The notes below the pieces were generated by a model that did not search any database, had not been told where the DNA came from, and saw only the letters and a program-made list of their open reading frames with translations. From IMG/VR virus record IMGVR_UViG_3300045963_000039, positions 1 to 52,295 of that record: a DNA stretch of 52,295 nt, one strand, 5' to 3'. The stretch is from a virus. Lineage: Duplodnaviria; Caudoviricetes. How positions within the stretch are numbered: the first letter of the stretch is position 1; the number at the start of each line of letters is the position of its first letter. The translations under genes were made by a program, and so were the position numbers. Shown here piece after piece: positions 8,930 through 18,063 of the stretch.

Positions 8930-9252
8930 ATTAAGTAAAAGACTCTAAATAGAACCTTTTAGTTAATCGAAAGTGTACAATCAATAAACTGTACACTTTC
9001 AAAACATAAAAGTTTTTATTATTTCCATATGCCGGTGTTATCGAATATTCCTATTTAAAGGCTGACTCTAATCTTAAAAGATTAAAGCCTATTCACACTC
9101 GAACCGCAATAGTTTCAATTGCTCGTTTATCTATACGAATATAGATAGTCCCTTAAAGTTTTGATATGCTTTAGCTAGTCCACTGCTGATAGACTAGTCT
9201 TTTATATGCTAAATCCTACACTCTTTAATTCAGACTGAATCATTCAATCTGG
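8930..9252 (-). ncRNA. Candidate structured leader/ncRNA
   Basis: About 7 consecutive hairpins whose mismatches become G.U pairs only on the minus strand; UUCG loop near 9136-9139; no ORF. Confidence 0.4.
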
Positions 9253-9257
9253 TATAC

Positions 9258-9286
9258 ATTCTAGCAGGTTTAACAAGATTTATTAA
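9258..9286 (-). promoter_or_regulatory. Early sigma70 promoter
   Basis: TTAATA-17-TAGAAT with extended TG. Confidence 0.55.
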
Positions 9287-9323
9287 ACCCTAGTTAAAGC
9301 CTAAAACTCTTTAACTGGTAAAC

Positions 9324-9352
9324 AGTATATCAGGATTGTAAAACCTTTACAA
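9324..9352 (-). promoter_or_regulatory. Early sigma70 promoter
   Basis: TTGTAA-17-TATACT with extended TG. Confidence 0.65.
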
Positions 9353-9394
9353 CCCTCCCGAATCCATCCGGGCTAACTTTCCCAACTGGACTCT

Positions 9395-9423
9395 ATTAAA
9401 TCACATATAAAAGAGAATTGCAA
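9395..9423 (-). promoter_or_regulatory. Early sigma70 promoter
   Basis: TTGCAA-17-TTTAAT with extended TG. Confidence 0.6.
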
Positions 9424-9656
9424 TAGCCTAGAGAGATAACAGGTTGTATATTACATTATATGTATGTAGGTTAGAAACTATAGAAACACTAGATATAGTA
9501 TACATATCAAAACCTATCTACTATATATAGTATCTCATATATATCAATGACCTATCTATACTCCAACTTACTCATTCTGTCATAACTAATAGAATCTAAT
9601 AGACCCTAGCCTATCCCTATAGACTTAATATACTCATCAGGCTTGGCGGCTAATAC

Positions 9657-9685
9657 ATTATAACATGAGAAAAAGATCTTGTCAA
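9657..9685 (-). promoter_or_regulatory. Consensus early sigma70 promoter
   Basis: TTGACA-17-TATAAT with extended TG. Confidence 0.85.
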
Positions 9686-10093
9686 GTTTTCACATAATTC
9701 TATGTTAAAGTGCACTGTGAGGATCTGACAAGGAAAGAGTACCTCATCATGATGACATGTCTAGGAGATCCTGTCAAGACCTAGGGGGGAAGGTTAGAGA
9801 TAGAGAGTATCTTGACTATATGTACTATATAATCCATGTCACATACCTGTCTTAACTAATATACATAATAAAAATAATAACTTAATATAGAGCAGGCCTG
9901 TCTTACTTAATATATAAAATAGTTTTTAATATACCTTCCAGAGCTTCCAGGGGCACTTTTTATTAAGGAGTAAAAGAGATAAGATATAATATATATAATA
10001 GATTCTCTATGTTCTGTATTTGTTCTATATTTATAGGTATTTAAGAGTTTTAAAAAATATAAAAATAAAAATTATAAAATAGATTTATAGATT

Positions 10094-10120
10094 GAACTTT
10101 CTTTAATAAAAGTTGTCTAT
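10094..10120 (+). promoter_or_regulatory. ECF/sigmaE-type promoter candidate 1
   Basis: GAACTT-16-TCTAT. Confidence 0.6.
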
Positions 10121-10283
10121 CTATAATTTATTAAGATTAAAGATTATATACTTTTATAATTAAGTAATTAAGAAGTAAGTCTATTCTTACTTTAAAAAAG
10201 TAAGCAAAGATATACTTCCTACTATATATAATATATCTAGATAGATACTGGAGTATTGATAATAATATTTAAATATAGTAATT

Positions 10284-10310
10284 GAACTTATTCGAAATAA
10301 TACTGTCTAA
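10284..10310 (+). promoter_or_regulatory. ECF/sigmaE-type promoter candidate 2
   Basis: GAACTT-16-TCTAA. Confidence 0.65.
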
Positions 10311-10465
10311 AAGACTATTAGGCCCTCCGGGAATACTATAATACACTATAGAGTCTTAATGATAGACTTAATTAAGATACTATAAGGATAGAAGATTGAG
10401 TACTATAGAAGCTATGAATAAGCTAGACTTATTAATTAATACATTTAAAGAAATAAAGATCTTAT

Positions 10466-10729
10466 ATGCCTTCATCTAAAAATTATGTAAGAGATTATAA
10501 AAAAGAATATTCTAATTATCATTCCTCTGATACTCAGAAAGCTAAGAGAGCTTCTAGAGGTAGAGCTAGATATAAACTTATGAAGAAAGGTAGAGTTAGA
10601 CTAGGAGATGGTATGGATGTAGATCATAAAGATACTAATGCTAATAATAACTCTTCTTCTAATCTTAGAGTTAAATCTAAATCTAGTAATAGATCTTTTA
10701 AGCGTAATGCTAATGCAGGAAAAAAATGA
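10466..10729 (+). CDS. Small HNH-type endonuclease, probably packaging-associated
   Basis: DVDHKD...NN...NLRV.....NRSF; first gene of the late operon, upstream of TerS. Confidence 0.75.
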   Translation: MPSSKNYVRDYKKEYSNYHSSDTQKAKRASRGRARYKLMKKGRVRLGDGMDVDHKDTNANNNSSSNLRVKSKSSNRSFKRNANAGKK

Positions 10730-10902
10730 AATCTTATAAAGTAGTATTCTACTATAAGAATGATATATCCTATAAAGGAATTATAGGCATTCAAGCAGAC
10801 TCAGAAGTTATAGTGACTAAGATGGTCAAACTATTAGAACTCTCTGATTCTCCATCTCTCCCCCAGAATTATGATCGTTATGAGATCAAGGAAGATATAT
10901 GA
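10726..10902 (+). CDS. 58-aa hypothetical
   Basis: MKSYKVVFYYKND...; ATGA overlaps at both ends. Confidence 0.6.
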   Translation: MKSYKVVFYYKNDISYKGIIGIQADSEVIVTKMVKLLELSDSPSLPQNYDRYEIKEDI

Positions 10903-11105
10903 AGGAGTACTCTATAGACCTAGCTTCTAGAAGACCATACTCTATCTCTCCAGTAGATGAGAGTCAATTAGCTACTCCTAGAGGTTGGGTATGCCCTGTA
11001 TGCAATAGAGTCTTAGCTCCATCTCAACCTTTCTGCATGTTCTGTTTAGCTAATAATAATAAACAACCTATCTGTCCTGTAGACTACCCTCCTCCAATCG
11101 AATAA
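10899..11105 (+). CDS. Small zinc-ribbon protein
   Basis: GWVCPVC..VLAP....CMFC. Confidence 0.7.
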   Translation: MKEYSIDLASRRPYSISPVDESQLATPRGWVCPVCNRVLAPSQPFCMFCLANNNKQPICPVDYPPPIE

Positions 11106-11106
11106 T

Positions 11107-11598
11107 ATGGAAGTTAAAGAGGAAGAAAATATAGTCTCTATTAGAGCCCCTAGACTAGATGCTTTAGAGAAGTTGTATGTTAGAACTTATCTCTCTACTC
11201 ATTCTCATCCTAGGGCTCATACTGCCGTCACTCCTAATCTAAAGAATCCTAGAGAAGATAATCCATATTCTCGTAGAGAGAATGTACAATTTCATATCTC
11301 TCTAGCTCTACAGGAAAGAGCTGAATCTTTAATGCTAACTCCAGATTTAATTATGGAGAAGTTATATAAGGAGGCTACTAGAGAGGGAAGTGGCTCTAAT
11401 CACTCTGCACGTATACAAGCTTTAACACAGATAGGCAAACATCTTGGTATGTTCCAAGAGAAGAAAGAGGACACCTCTCCTATCTTTAATATAATTAATT
11501 ACTCTTCAGAGCCTATTAAAATAGAGCATATAGAAGAAAAAAAGACTGAAGAAGTAACTCTTCTCCCAGATAATATAATACTAGAAAACTACTCTTAA
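11107..11598 (+). CDS. terS: Terminase small subunit
   Basis: RIQALTQIGKHLGMF motif typical of the TerS C-terminus; position. Confidence 0.75.
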   Translation: MEVKEEENIVSIRAPRLDALEKLYVRTYLSTHSHPRAHTAVTPNLKNPREDNPYSRRENVQFHISLALQERAESLMLTPDLIMEKLYKEATREGSGSNHSARIQALTQIGKHLGMFQEKKEDTSPIFNIINYSSEPIKIEHIEEKKTEEVTLLPDNIILENYS

Positions 11599-11608
11599 GG
11601 AAATATAA

Positions 11609-12193
11609 ATGGCTCTTAGCTATAATGCTACAATTAGAAATGCTCGTTTAGATCAAATTACAACTGGAGCTGGTGCTTCTGCTTTCTTAAGAATCTATGA
11701 TTCTACTAGACCGGCTACAGGTGGTACAGCTACAACACTATTAGCAGAGCTTACATGTAATGCTACCTTTGCACCTGGGGCATCTGGTGGTGTATTAACT
11801 CTAAATGCTATCACTCAAGACTCTTCTGCTAATGCTTCTGGAACTGCTACATGGTTCCGTATAGTTAAGTCAGATGGTACTACTCATGTTCTAGATGGTA
11901 ATGTTGGAGTGCAGGTTGTAACTACTGCCACTGGATCATCTGGTGCTGCAACAATTACTGTCGGCTCTAATACTGGTCTTGCTATTGGTATGACTGCAAG
12001 TGGAACTGGCATAGCTACTGGAGCAACTATTGTTAACATCTCTGGTACAACTATTACCCTATCTATTAATAATACTGGTGCTGTATCTGGTAATGGTACA
12101 TTTGGAACAGATCTAAACTTAACGACGACTACAATTGTAATCACTCAGCCAGTCTCTGTTACCTCCTTTGTAGTTACAGAAGGTAATGCATAA
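11609..12193 (+). CDS. Virion structural (tail/fibre-associated) protein
   Basis: RNARLD..., LRIY...RPA, ATWFRI, DG.VG...DLNL; Gly/Thr-rich. Confidence 0.7.
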   Translation: MALSYNATIRNARLDQITTGAGASAFLRIYDSTRPATGGTATTLLAELTCNATFAPGASGGVLTLNAITQDSSANASGTATWFRIVKSDGTTHVLDGNVGVQVVTTATGSSGAATITVGSNTGLAIGMTASGTGIATGATIVNISGTTITLSINNTGAVSGNGTFGTDLNLTTTTIVITQPVSVTSFVVTEGNA

Positions 12194-12780
12194 TGGGTTT
12201 CTATACTCAGGCTCAGATTATTGCTATGCACTCTGCTGTACTCGCACAGGCCGCTATTGATACAACTCTTGCAGCAGCTCTTGCTATAGGAGATGAGACT
12301 AAAGGAGCTGATTGGCTTAATGCACCTTCAACATTTGTTGTATGGCGGTCAAGCACGCCGGTTAGTGATATTCAGGCGGCTATTGTCGGTGCTAACTTTA
12401 CACCAGTTAATCCAGTGGCCGGAGCAGGTCAAGACGCTGCCAACTGGATGATAGCTTGCCAAGGAAAGCAGATGAACTTGCAATTAGTGCTTGGTACTAC
12501 TGGCTATGTAGCGACAATTAACGCTAATACACGAGCCTGGCTATTCGATGCATTGACAGCAGTCCCCTCTGGAAAGAACGTATCTAATGTTATGGATGGC
12601 TCAACAGGCAACGTCGGGTTAGCGGCTGTTAAGACTATAATCCAAAGATTTGCTACTAATGCAGAGCATATATTTGCTACTGGAACAGGTACTGCTGCAA
12701 CTCCAGGCGATCTAAACTTTGAACATACTATTCAATATGCTGAAATGCCTTATATTATGCAGAGGTTCCCACAACCATGA
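12193..12780 (+). CDS. Hypothetical virion protein
   Basis: 195 aa; TAATG coupling. Confidence 0.7.
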   Translation: MGFYTQAQIIAMHSAVLAQAAIDTTLAAALAIGDETKGADWLNAPSTFVVWRSSTPVSDIQAAIVGANFTPVNPVAGAGQDAANWMIACQGKQMNLQLVLGTTGYVATINANTRAWLFDALTAVPSGKNVSNVMDGSTGNVGLAAVKTIIQRFATNAEHIFATGTGTAATPGDLNFEHTIQYAEMPYIMQRFPQP

Positions 12781-13262
12781 GTACTGAATTTAGCTGGGCT
12801 GCACCTAGTAGTGCAGTTAATGTAATAGACTCTACTGGAACTTCTGGTGATGGCGGCGGTGCTGATCTTAAAAACTTAGCAAGTGGTACATATGTCATTA
12901 CTCCAGTTATAACTCCAGCCTCCCCAAGACCTTTGTTCTGTTCATATATGGCTAAAGGGAAGTCTGGAGTTGCTGTAACTGGTGTACCTTACCTAAAAGG
13001 CTGGTTCTTAGATATTATTGATGGAACTAATATACTAAGTGATAGTGGTACAAACTTACCAACTAACTCTCCTGACTTTATAATCTATTGGCCTAGTATA
13101 TCTAGTGTTGGCCCATTTATAATGCGTTCAACTCCTAGATTTATACAAAGACCCCCTTGGGCATATAAGATACTCTTACAGAATAATCTTGGACAAGCTA
13201 CTACTAACGTTAATAATGATAATATTCTGTACGAAGTTACTACAGATGAGTTAGGTACATAA
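12777..13262 (+). CDS. Hypothetical virion protein
   Basis: 161 aa; coupled. Confidence 0.7.
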   Translation: MSTEFSWAAPSSAVNVIDSTGTSGDGGGADLKNLASGTYVITPVITPASPRPLFCSYMAKGKSGVAVTGVPYLKGWFLDIIDGTNILSDSGTNLPTNSPDFIIYWPSISSVGPFIMRSTPRFIQRPPWAYKILLQNNLGQATTNVNNDNILYEVTTDELGT

Positions 13263-14347
13263 TGCAGCGAATATGGGATAAGTCAAAATTCCCATCGGGT
13301 CCGTTTACCATCAATAAAGACTGTTGGCAGGCGCAACAGCTTGTTAACTGGTATCCCTTAGGTGGAGTATCTAGTCGATCATACGCACAAGATTTAGTAT
13401 CGGGTAAAAATGCAACAGGGACAAGCTCACCTATAATACTTCCTGATGGATCACCTGCTAATACATATAATGGTATTTCAGATAGATTATTAAGTAATTC
13501 ACCGCCTTCTATCTATTCATCACCTTTAACTGTTAGTGCGTGGGCTGTACCAGCAAATACAGGTGCAGGAGGTCTTAGTTCATTTGGCGATCCTACTGTA
13601 GGCTCTATTAATAGGTTCCAATTCGATATTACTGCTGGCTCTTTAAGATGGATTGCTGTAGGCCAGGGCACTAATGGGACTGCATCAGTTACTGGAATAG
13701 TAGCGGGTAAACTACAACATTGTTTAGCTTCTCAACTAAGTGCTACAAGTAGAACAACGTATTTAAACGGTAAACCTGGAACTACGGATACAACAAATGT
13801 CACTCCTGCTGGTACACCTAGTTATTTACTAATTGGTGCCATACAAGATAATAACCTTATTCAAGGGTTTTTTACTGGTTCTATTGGAGAGGTCTGCATA
13901 TGGTCTAAAGCCATGTCAGCGGCAGAGGCGGCCTACTTAGCTGATCCAGGAAATCGATTTGAACTGTATTATCCACTTAGAAGTAGAAAATGGTTTTTAA
14001 AAAATCCATCAAGTATTGCTACCATCTATCGTAATAAAGGCGATAGTGTATCTTCTACCGGCTCTGATGTAAACCCACAACATGGAGTGATCCTACTAGA
14101 CTTTAAAAATAATAATAACGAAGCCTCTATAACTATAACAAATCCTGCCATTTTATCTACATCTAAAGCAGATTCTTACTTTATAGGCTATGGTTCTACA
14201 ACAGATCACTCAGTATCAGACCATAGATATGCTCCATTATTTATAAAGCTCTCATGTGAAGCTTTCAATGGCTCTATGACCATCCATGCAAGAAGTAAAC
14301 AAAAGATGTCAGGAAAGTTCTTAATTAAATACTTATGGGTTAACTAA
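13262..14347 (+). CDS. LamG/concanavalin-like lectin domain protein (receptor-binding candidate)
   Basis: LTVSAW, YLNG, LLIGA, FFTGSIGEVCIWSKAMS. Confidence 0.75.
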   Translation: MQRIWDKSKFPSGPFTINKDCWQAQQLVNWYPLGGVSSRSYAQDLVSGKNATGTSSPIILPDGSPANTYNGISDRLLSNSPPSIYSSPLTVSAWAVPANTGAGGLSSFGDPTVGSINRFQFDITAGSLRWIAVGQGTNGTASVTGIVAGKLQHCLASQLSATSRTTYLNGKPGTTDTTNVTPAGTPSYLLIGAIQDNNLIQGFFTGSIGEVCIWSKAMSAAEAAYLADPGNRFELYYPLRSRKWFLKNPSSIATIYRNKGDSVSSTGSDVNPQHGVILLDFKNNNNEASITITNPAILSTSKADSYFIGYGSTTDHSVSDHRYAPLFIKLSCEAFNGSMTIHARSKQKMSGKFLIKYLWVN

Positions 14348-14640
14348 TGGCTACAGGATCAGGATCAGCTACCATAGACTTCGGAGCATTACCAGGCTCT
14401 AATGAAGCACAAGTAGACGTAACAGGTCAAACTACAATCTCTTCTACATCCTCTGCTGAAGCATATATCTTTGGAGGTGATACTTCATCTAGTCATACAG
14501 CCTCCGATCACCGCTATCTAGGTACAGTATGCTCTGTTACCTGTGGAGTAGCTACTGCCGGTACAGGATTTACAATTTACGCTAGAAGTCTAGAAAAACT
14601 TACTGGCACTTTTACTATTAGATATATATGGGCAGATTAA
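14347..14640 (+). CDS. Small virion protein, paralog of the LamG protein C-terminus
   Basis: Shared DF...NEA, STS.A..Y, H..SDHRY, TI.ARS..K..G.F.I.Y.W. Confidence 0.75.
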   Translation: MATGSGSATIDFGALPGSNEAQVDVTGQTTISSTSSAEAYIFGGDTSSSHTASDHRYLGTVCSVTCGVATAGTGFTIYARSLEKLTGTFTIRYIWAD

Positions 14641-14641
14641 T

Positions 14642-16123
14642 ATGGCGTTAGACGCAAATATAAGAGGGAGTTCCTCTGGAAATGGTGCTGAGGTTACAGC
14701 AACTAATGAATTAAGAGTTACTGGAGGTAGTGCAACTCTAGCAAATGCAGGCTATGCTGTTCATGCTTTCGAGAACTCAGATGGCACATATACTTCTGGA
14801 GTCCCTTATAGGATGTCTCCAAGAGTTACTGCTAATAAAGCGTTAAATGTAGGACAAGAGACTCCACTGTTCGACTATACATTCAACGCTACAGCTCAGA
14901 ATACCTCTCTATGGAAACATGTCTTTGTTACTCAAACAATGACACAATCCTCTGGATTCTTGAACGTTAATGCAAATGCTACAGGAACTACAACTACTCA
15001 CTGTTATCTACAAACATGGGCGCACTTTGCCCTTCGTGGTGGAAGTGGCATAAATGTATCCTTTTCTGCTCAAACTTCTCTAGCAGTACCAGCAAACCAG
15101 GTATTTGAAACAGGCCTGTTTCTTGGAGTAGCTAATGCTGTACCTGGAGATGGTGTATTTATACGTTGGACATCTGCTGGATTATATGGTGTTCTTTTAT
15201 ATAATGGTACAGAAACTGCAACATCAGTTTTCTCAGCTTTTACGCCATCTGTAGGTGTAAACTATACCTTCTATATTAAATGTCATGAGAACGAAGTAGA
15301 GTTCTATGTAGCACCACAGGGCTCTGAGCCACACCTTCTAGGAGAAATCTCTACTCCAGCAGGTAATGGACAGCCTTTTACAACTACAGCTCTTCCATTT
15401 ACTATCTCCAATAGAAACGCTGCTGCTGTAACATCTGCCACTACTTTTAAAGTATCTGATGTCTTTATAAACGCAATAGATCTTAACTATAATATTCCGA
15501 TCTCTCAACAGCAAGCAATGCTTGGTTTGATGGGTTCACAAGGGCAAGATGGCGGCACTTTAGGTACTACTGCTGTGTTTCCTAATGCTGCTGGTGCAAC
15601 TACTGTAACAGGTGGCTCATTATCACAGACTGTAGCATTATCTACAGGTCTTGGCGGTCAAGTAGGTATTACTGCCACTGTACCAGGTGTTGATGGTATG
15701 GTTACTAACTTCCAAGTCCCTACAGGTGGCGTAGCACAGACTCCTCGTAGGCTTGTTATAACAGGAATGAGAGTATCATCAGTTAACATCGGTGCTGCTG
15801 TTGCTGGTACAGCCAGTACACTATCTTGGTCATTGGCATATGGTGCAACAGGTGGCTCTATACCATCATTAGCTCAAGCAGATACTGGTTCTTTTGTAAC
15901 TGCTACAGCTAAATCATGGAGAAGAGTTCCAGTCGGTATGCAATCTTGGATTATAGGTGCTGCTGTAGGTCAACGAGAAGTTGATATAGATGTTAAGTTT
16001 ACATCACCTATAGTTGTAAATCCAGGTGAATGGGTCGGTGCTTGCGCTAAGTTTATTCAAGGTACTACTACAGCCTCTCAAGTTATCTTTACTAATGTGA
16101 TGTTTGATACCCACTATATTTAA
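14642..16123 (+). CDS. Tail fibre/spike-like structural protein
   Basis: 493 aa, G/T/A-rich, beta character; context. Confidence 0.65.
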   Translation: MALDANIRGSSSGNGAEVTATNELRVTGGSATLANAGYAVHAFENSDGTYTSGVPYRMSPRVTANKALNVGQETPLFDYTFNATAQNTSLWKHVFVTQTMTQSSGFLNVNANATGTTTTHCYLQTWAHFALRGGSGINVSFSAQTSLAVPANQVFETGLFLGVANAVPGDGVFIRWTSAGLYGVLLYNGTETATSVFSAFTPSVGVNYTFYIKCHENEVEFYVAPQGSEPHLLGEISTPAGNGQPFTTTALPFTISNRNAAAVTSATTFKVSDVFINAIDLNYNIPISQQQAMLGLMGSQGQDGGTLGTTAVFPNAAGATTVTGGSLSQTVALSTGLGGQVGITATVPGVDGMVTNFQVPTGGVAQTPRRLVITGMRVSSVNIGAAVAGTASTLSWSLAYGATGGSIPSLAQADTGSFVTATAKSWRRVPVGMQSWIIGAAVGQREVDIDVKFTSPIVVNPGEWVGACAKFIQGTTTASQVIFTNVMFDTHYI

Positions 16124-16141
16124 GTAGTGGTATAAACATAA

Positions 16142-17536
16142 ATGTCATTATTATTAGCACTCTTAAATACTACAAGTGGAGTTACTGGAACTGAAGTTAG
16201 AACTAATAATAATGACTCACTAGTCTCTAGCGGTACAACTTCAGTACTAGGTGCTTCTACCTATTTAAATAAAAAAGATTTCGGAGTTATCTCTGGAACA
16301 ACTACAATTTCAGGGTCATTATCTTATAATAATAAATTTGACTCTATAAGTTCATCAGGAAGTGTTGGAGTCTCAATCTCCGGTACACTCTCCTATAATA
16401 ATATAAGTGATACTGTCTCCTCCTCTGGTACTGGGGTTATAGTAGCTACACTTAATAGAATAAATATAAATGACTCAGTAGTTTCATCAGGAACTTCTAT
16501 AGTTTCTGGAACTATTTCATTTATTAATAAAAATGATACAATATCTTCTATTGGTACAAGTACAATCTCCGGTAGTACTTCTTATCTACTCTTTAGTGAT
16601 AAAGTAGTCTCTAGTGGTAGTGTAGGCTCAGCAATATCTGGAACACTCTCCTATACTAACAAGAATGACACCTTAGTTTCTGCTGGTAATATACTAATAG
16701 TAGGCTCTACTTCTTACTTAAATAAGAATGATTTTTTAGTTTCTATAGGGACAGTCTTAGTATCTGGATTTGTAGCATTTCTTAATAAGAATGATACTAT
16801 AAGCTCTACTGGTTCCCCAAGTGTATCAGCTACTCTAAATAGAATACTATTTAATGATACTATAGTTGCATCTGGAAGTTCTGGAACAGCAGCATTTGGT
16901 ACTCTAGCCTATACAAATAAAGATGACAAAGTAGTATCTGCTGGAGTTGTATCAATACTAGGCTCTTCTAGTACTCTTAATAAGAATGATACTTTAATCT
17001 CTGCTGGTAATATACTAATATCAGGAAGTAGTTCTACTCGTAATAAGAATGACAACTTATTATCTTCTGGTAATGTAGGAAGCCCTATATCTGGAGCACT
17101 ATCTACTACCAACAAGAATGATACTATAAGCTCTTCGGGAACAAGTATAGTCTCTGGAACTGTTAGTAGAAATAATAATCCAGACTCAAATGCCTCTTCT
17201 GGAACTACTAAGATATTAGGTAGTCTAAGTTATACTGAATCTAGAGATAGAGTAAGCTCTACTGGAAGTATAGTACAAAGTTCAACAGGTACAGTATCTG
17301 TAAGAAATAAGAATGACTCAGGAGTGGCAGTAAGTGTTATACAAATTACTGGGTCTGCAAATGTAAAAGAAATAAAAGATGCTATATTCTCTTCTGGGTT
17401 TACTGGATCATTTAATATAGTTAATTCACAAGTTAAAGCTTATGTACTAAGATCTACTCCAATTATCATAGTCTCAAGTAAATCACCAAATATAGTATCT
17501 GTTTCTAGTACTATTAAAGTTATAAATACAATATAA
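16142..17536 (+). CDS. Repeat-rich fibre-like protein
   Basis: About 22-aa repeats with N(K/N)ND(T/S)..S.G core along most of the length. Confidence 0.75.
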   Translation: MSLLLALLNTTSGVTGTEVRTNNNDSLVSSGTTSVLGASTYLNKKDFGVISGTTTISGSLSYNNKFDSISSSGSVGVSISGTLSYNNISDTVSSSGTGVIVATLNRININDSVVSSGTSIVSGTISFINKNDTISSIGTSTISGSTSYLLFSDKVVSSGSVGSAISGTLSYTNKNDTLVSAGNILIVGSTSYLNKNDFLVSIGTVLVSGFVAFLNKNDTISSTGSPSVSATLNRILFNDTIVASGSSGTAAFGTLAYTNKDDKVVSAGVVSILGSSSTLNKNDTLISAGNILISGSSSTRNKNDNLLSSGNVGSPISGALSTTNKNDTISSSGTSIVSGTVSRNNNPDSNASSGTTKILGSLSYTESRDRVSSTGSIVQSSTGTVSVRNKNDSGVAVSVIQITGSANVKEIKDAIFSSGFTGSFNIVNSQVKAYVLRSTPIIIVSSKSPNIVSVSSTIKVINTI

Positions 17537-17544
17537 GGTAATAA

Positions 17545-18063
17545 ATGACAATACTATATGTCGATGATTCTGGGCCAATAATATGGCCTGATACTGACTC
17601 TCATGATATTAACTCTAAGAAGTTCTACTATATTAACTATAGGCCTTCTACTCGTATAAACTCTACAGAATATATAAAGGGGGTAGATGTTATCATCCCC
17701 TCTACTTCTAATGGTTGTATGTATGAGTGTGTGTCAGGGGGTATTAGTGCAATATCAGAGCCTATATTTGATACTACAGAGGGTAAATTTGTAGTAGATG
17801 GCACAGTAAAGTGGAAATGTAAGCCCTTCTTGGCTAGATTAGGTTCTGCTGATGTTATTACAATATCCTCTTGGACTGGAGATGTGGGAGTGACTACTTC
17901 CAGTCCTATTATATTGAATAATATAGCTACAGGAGTTAGAGTTGACTCAGCACCTTCTACAGTTAAGAAGATCACAATAACAAATCATATTACAGTTCTT
18001 AGATCTTCTGGTCGTACAGAAGAGTTTGAGAAAAGTATTATAATTCCTATTAAGACTTTATAA
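17545..18063 (+). CDS. Hypothetical virion protein
   Basis: YEC...G.S...EP.F.T..G..V.DGTV.W.C module seen in fibre proteins. Confidence 0.65.
   Translation: MTILYVDDSGPIIWPDTDSHDINSKKFYYINYRPSTRINSTEYIKGVDVIIPSTSNGCMYECVSGGISAISEPIFDTTEGKFVVDGTVKWKCKPFLARLGSADVITISSWTGDVGVTTSSPIILNNIATGVRVDSAPSTVKKITITNHITVLRSSGRTEEFEKSIIIPIKTL

Noticed and set aside
9095-9155. GGTTCGAGT T-arm-like motif suggesting a tRNA
   Set aside because: No acceptor stem or cloverleaf could be built.
9600-9650. CUGAUGAG on the minus strand suggesting a hammerhead ribozyme
   Set aside because: No GAAA after a stem II and no stem III/cleavage triplet found.
12193-17536. Diversity-generating retroelement acting on fibre genes
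   Set aside because: No reverse transcriptase and no adenine-variant TR/VR pair seen.
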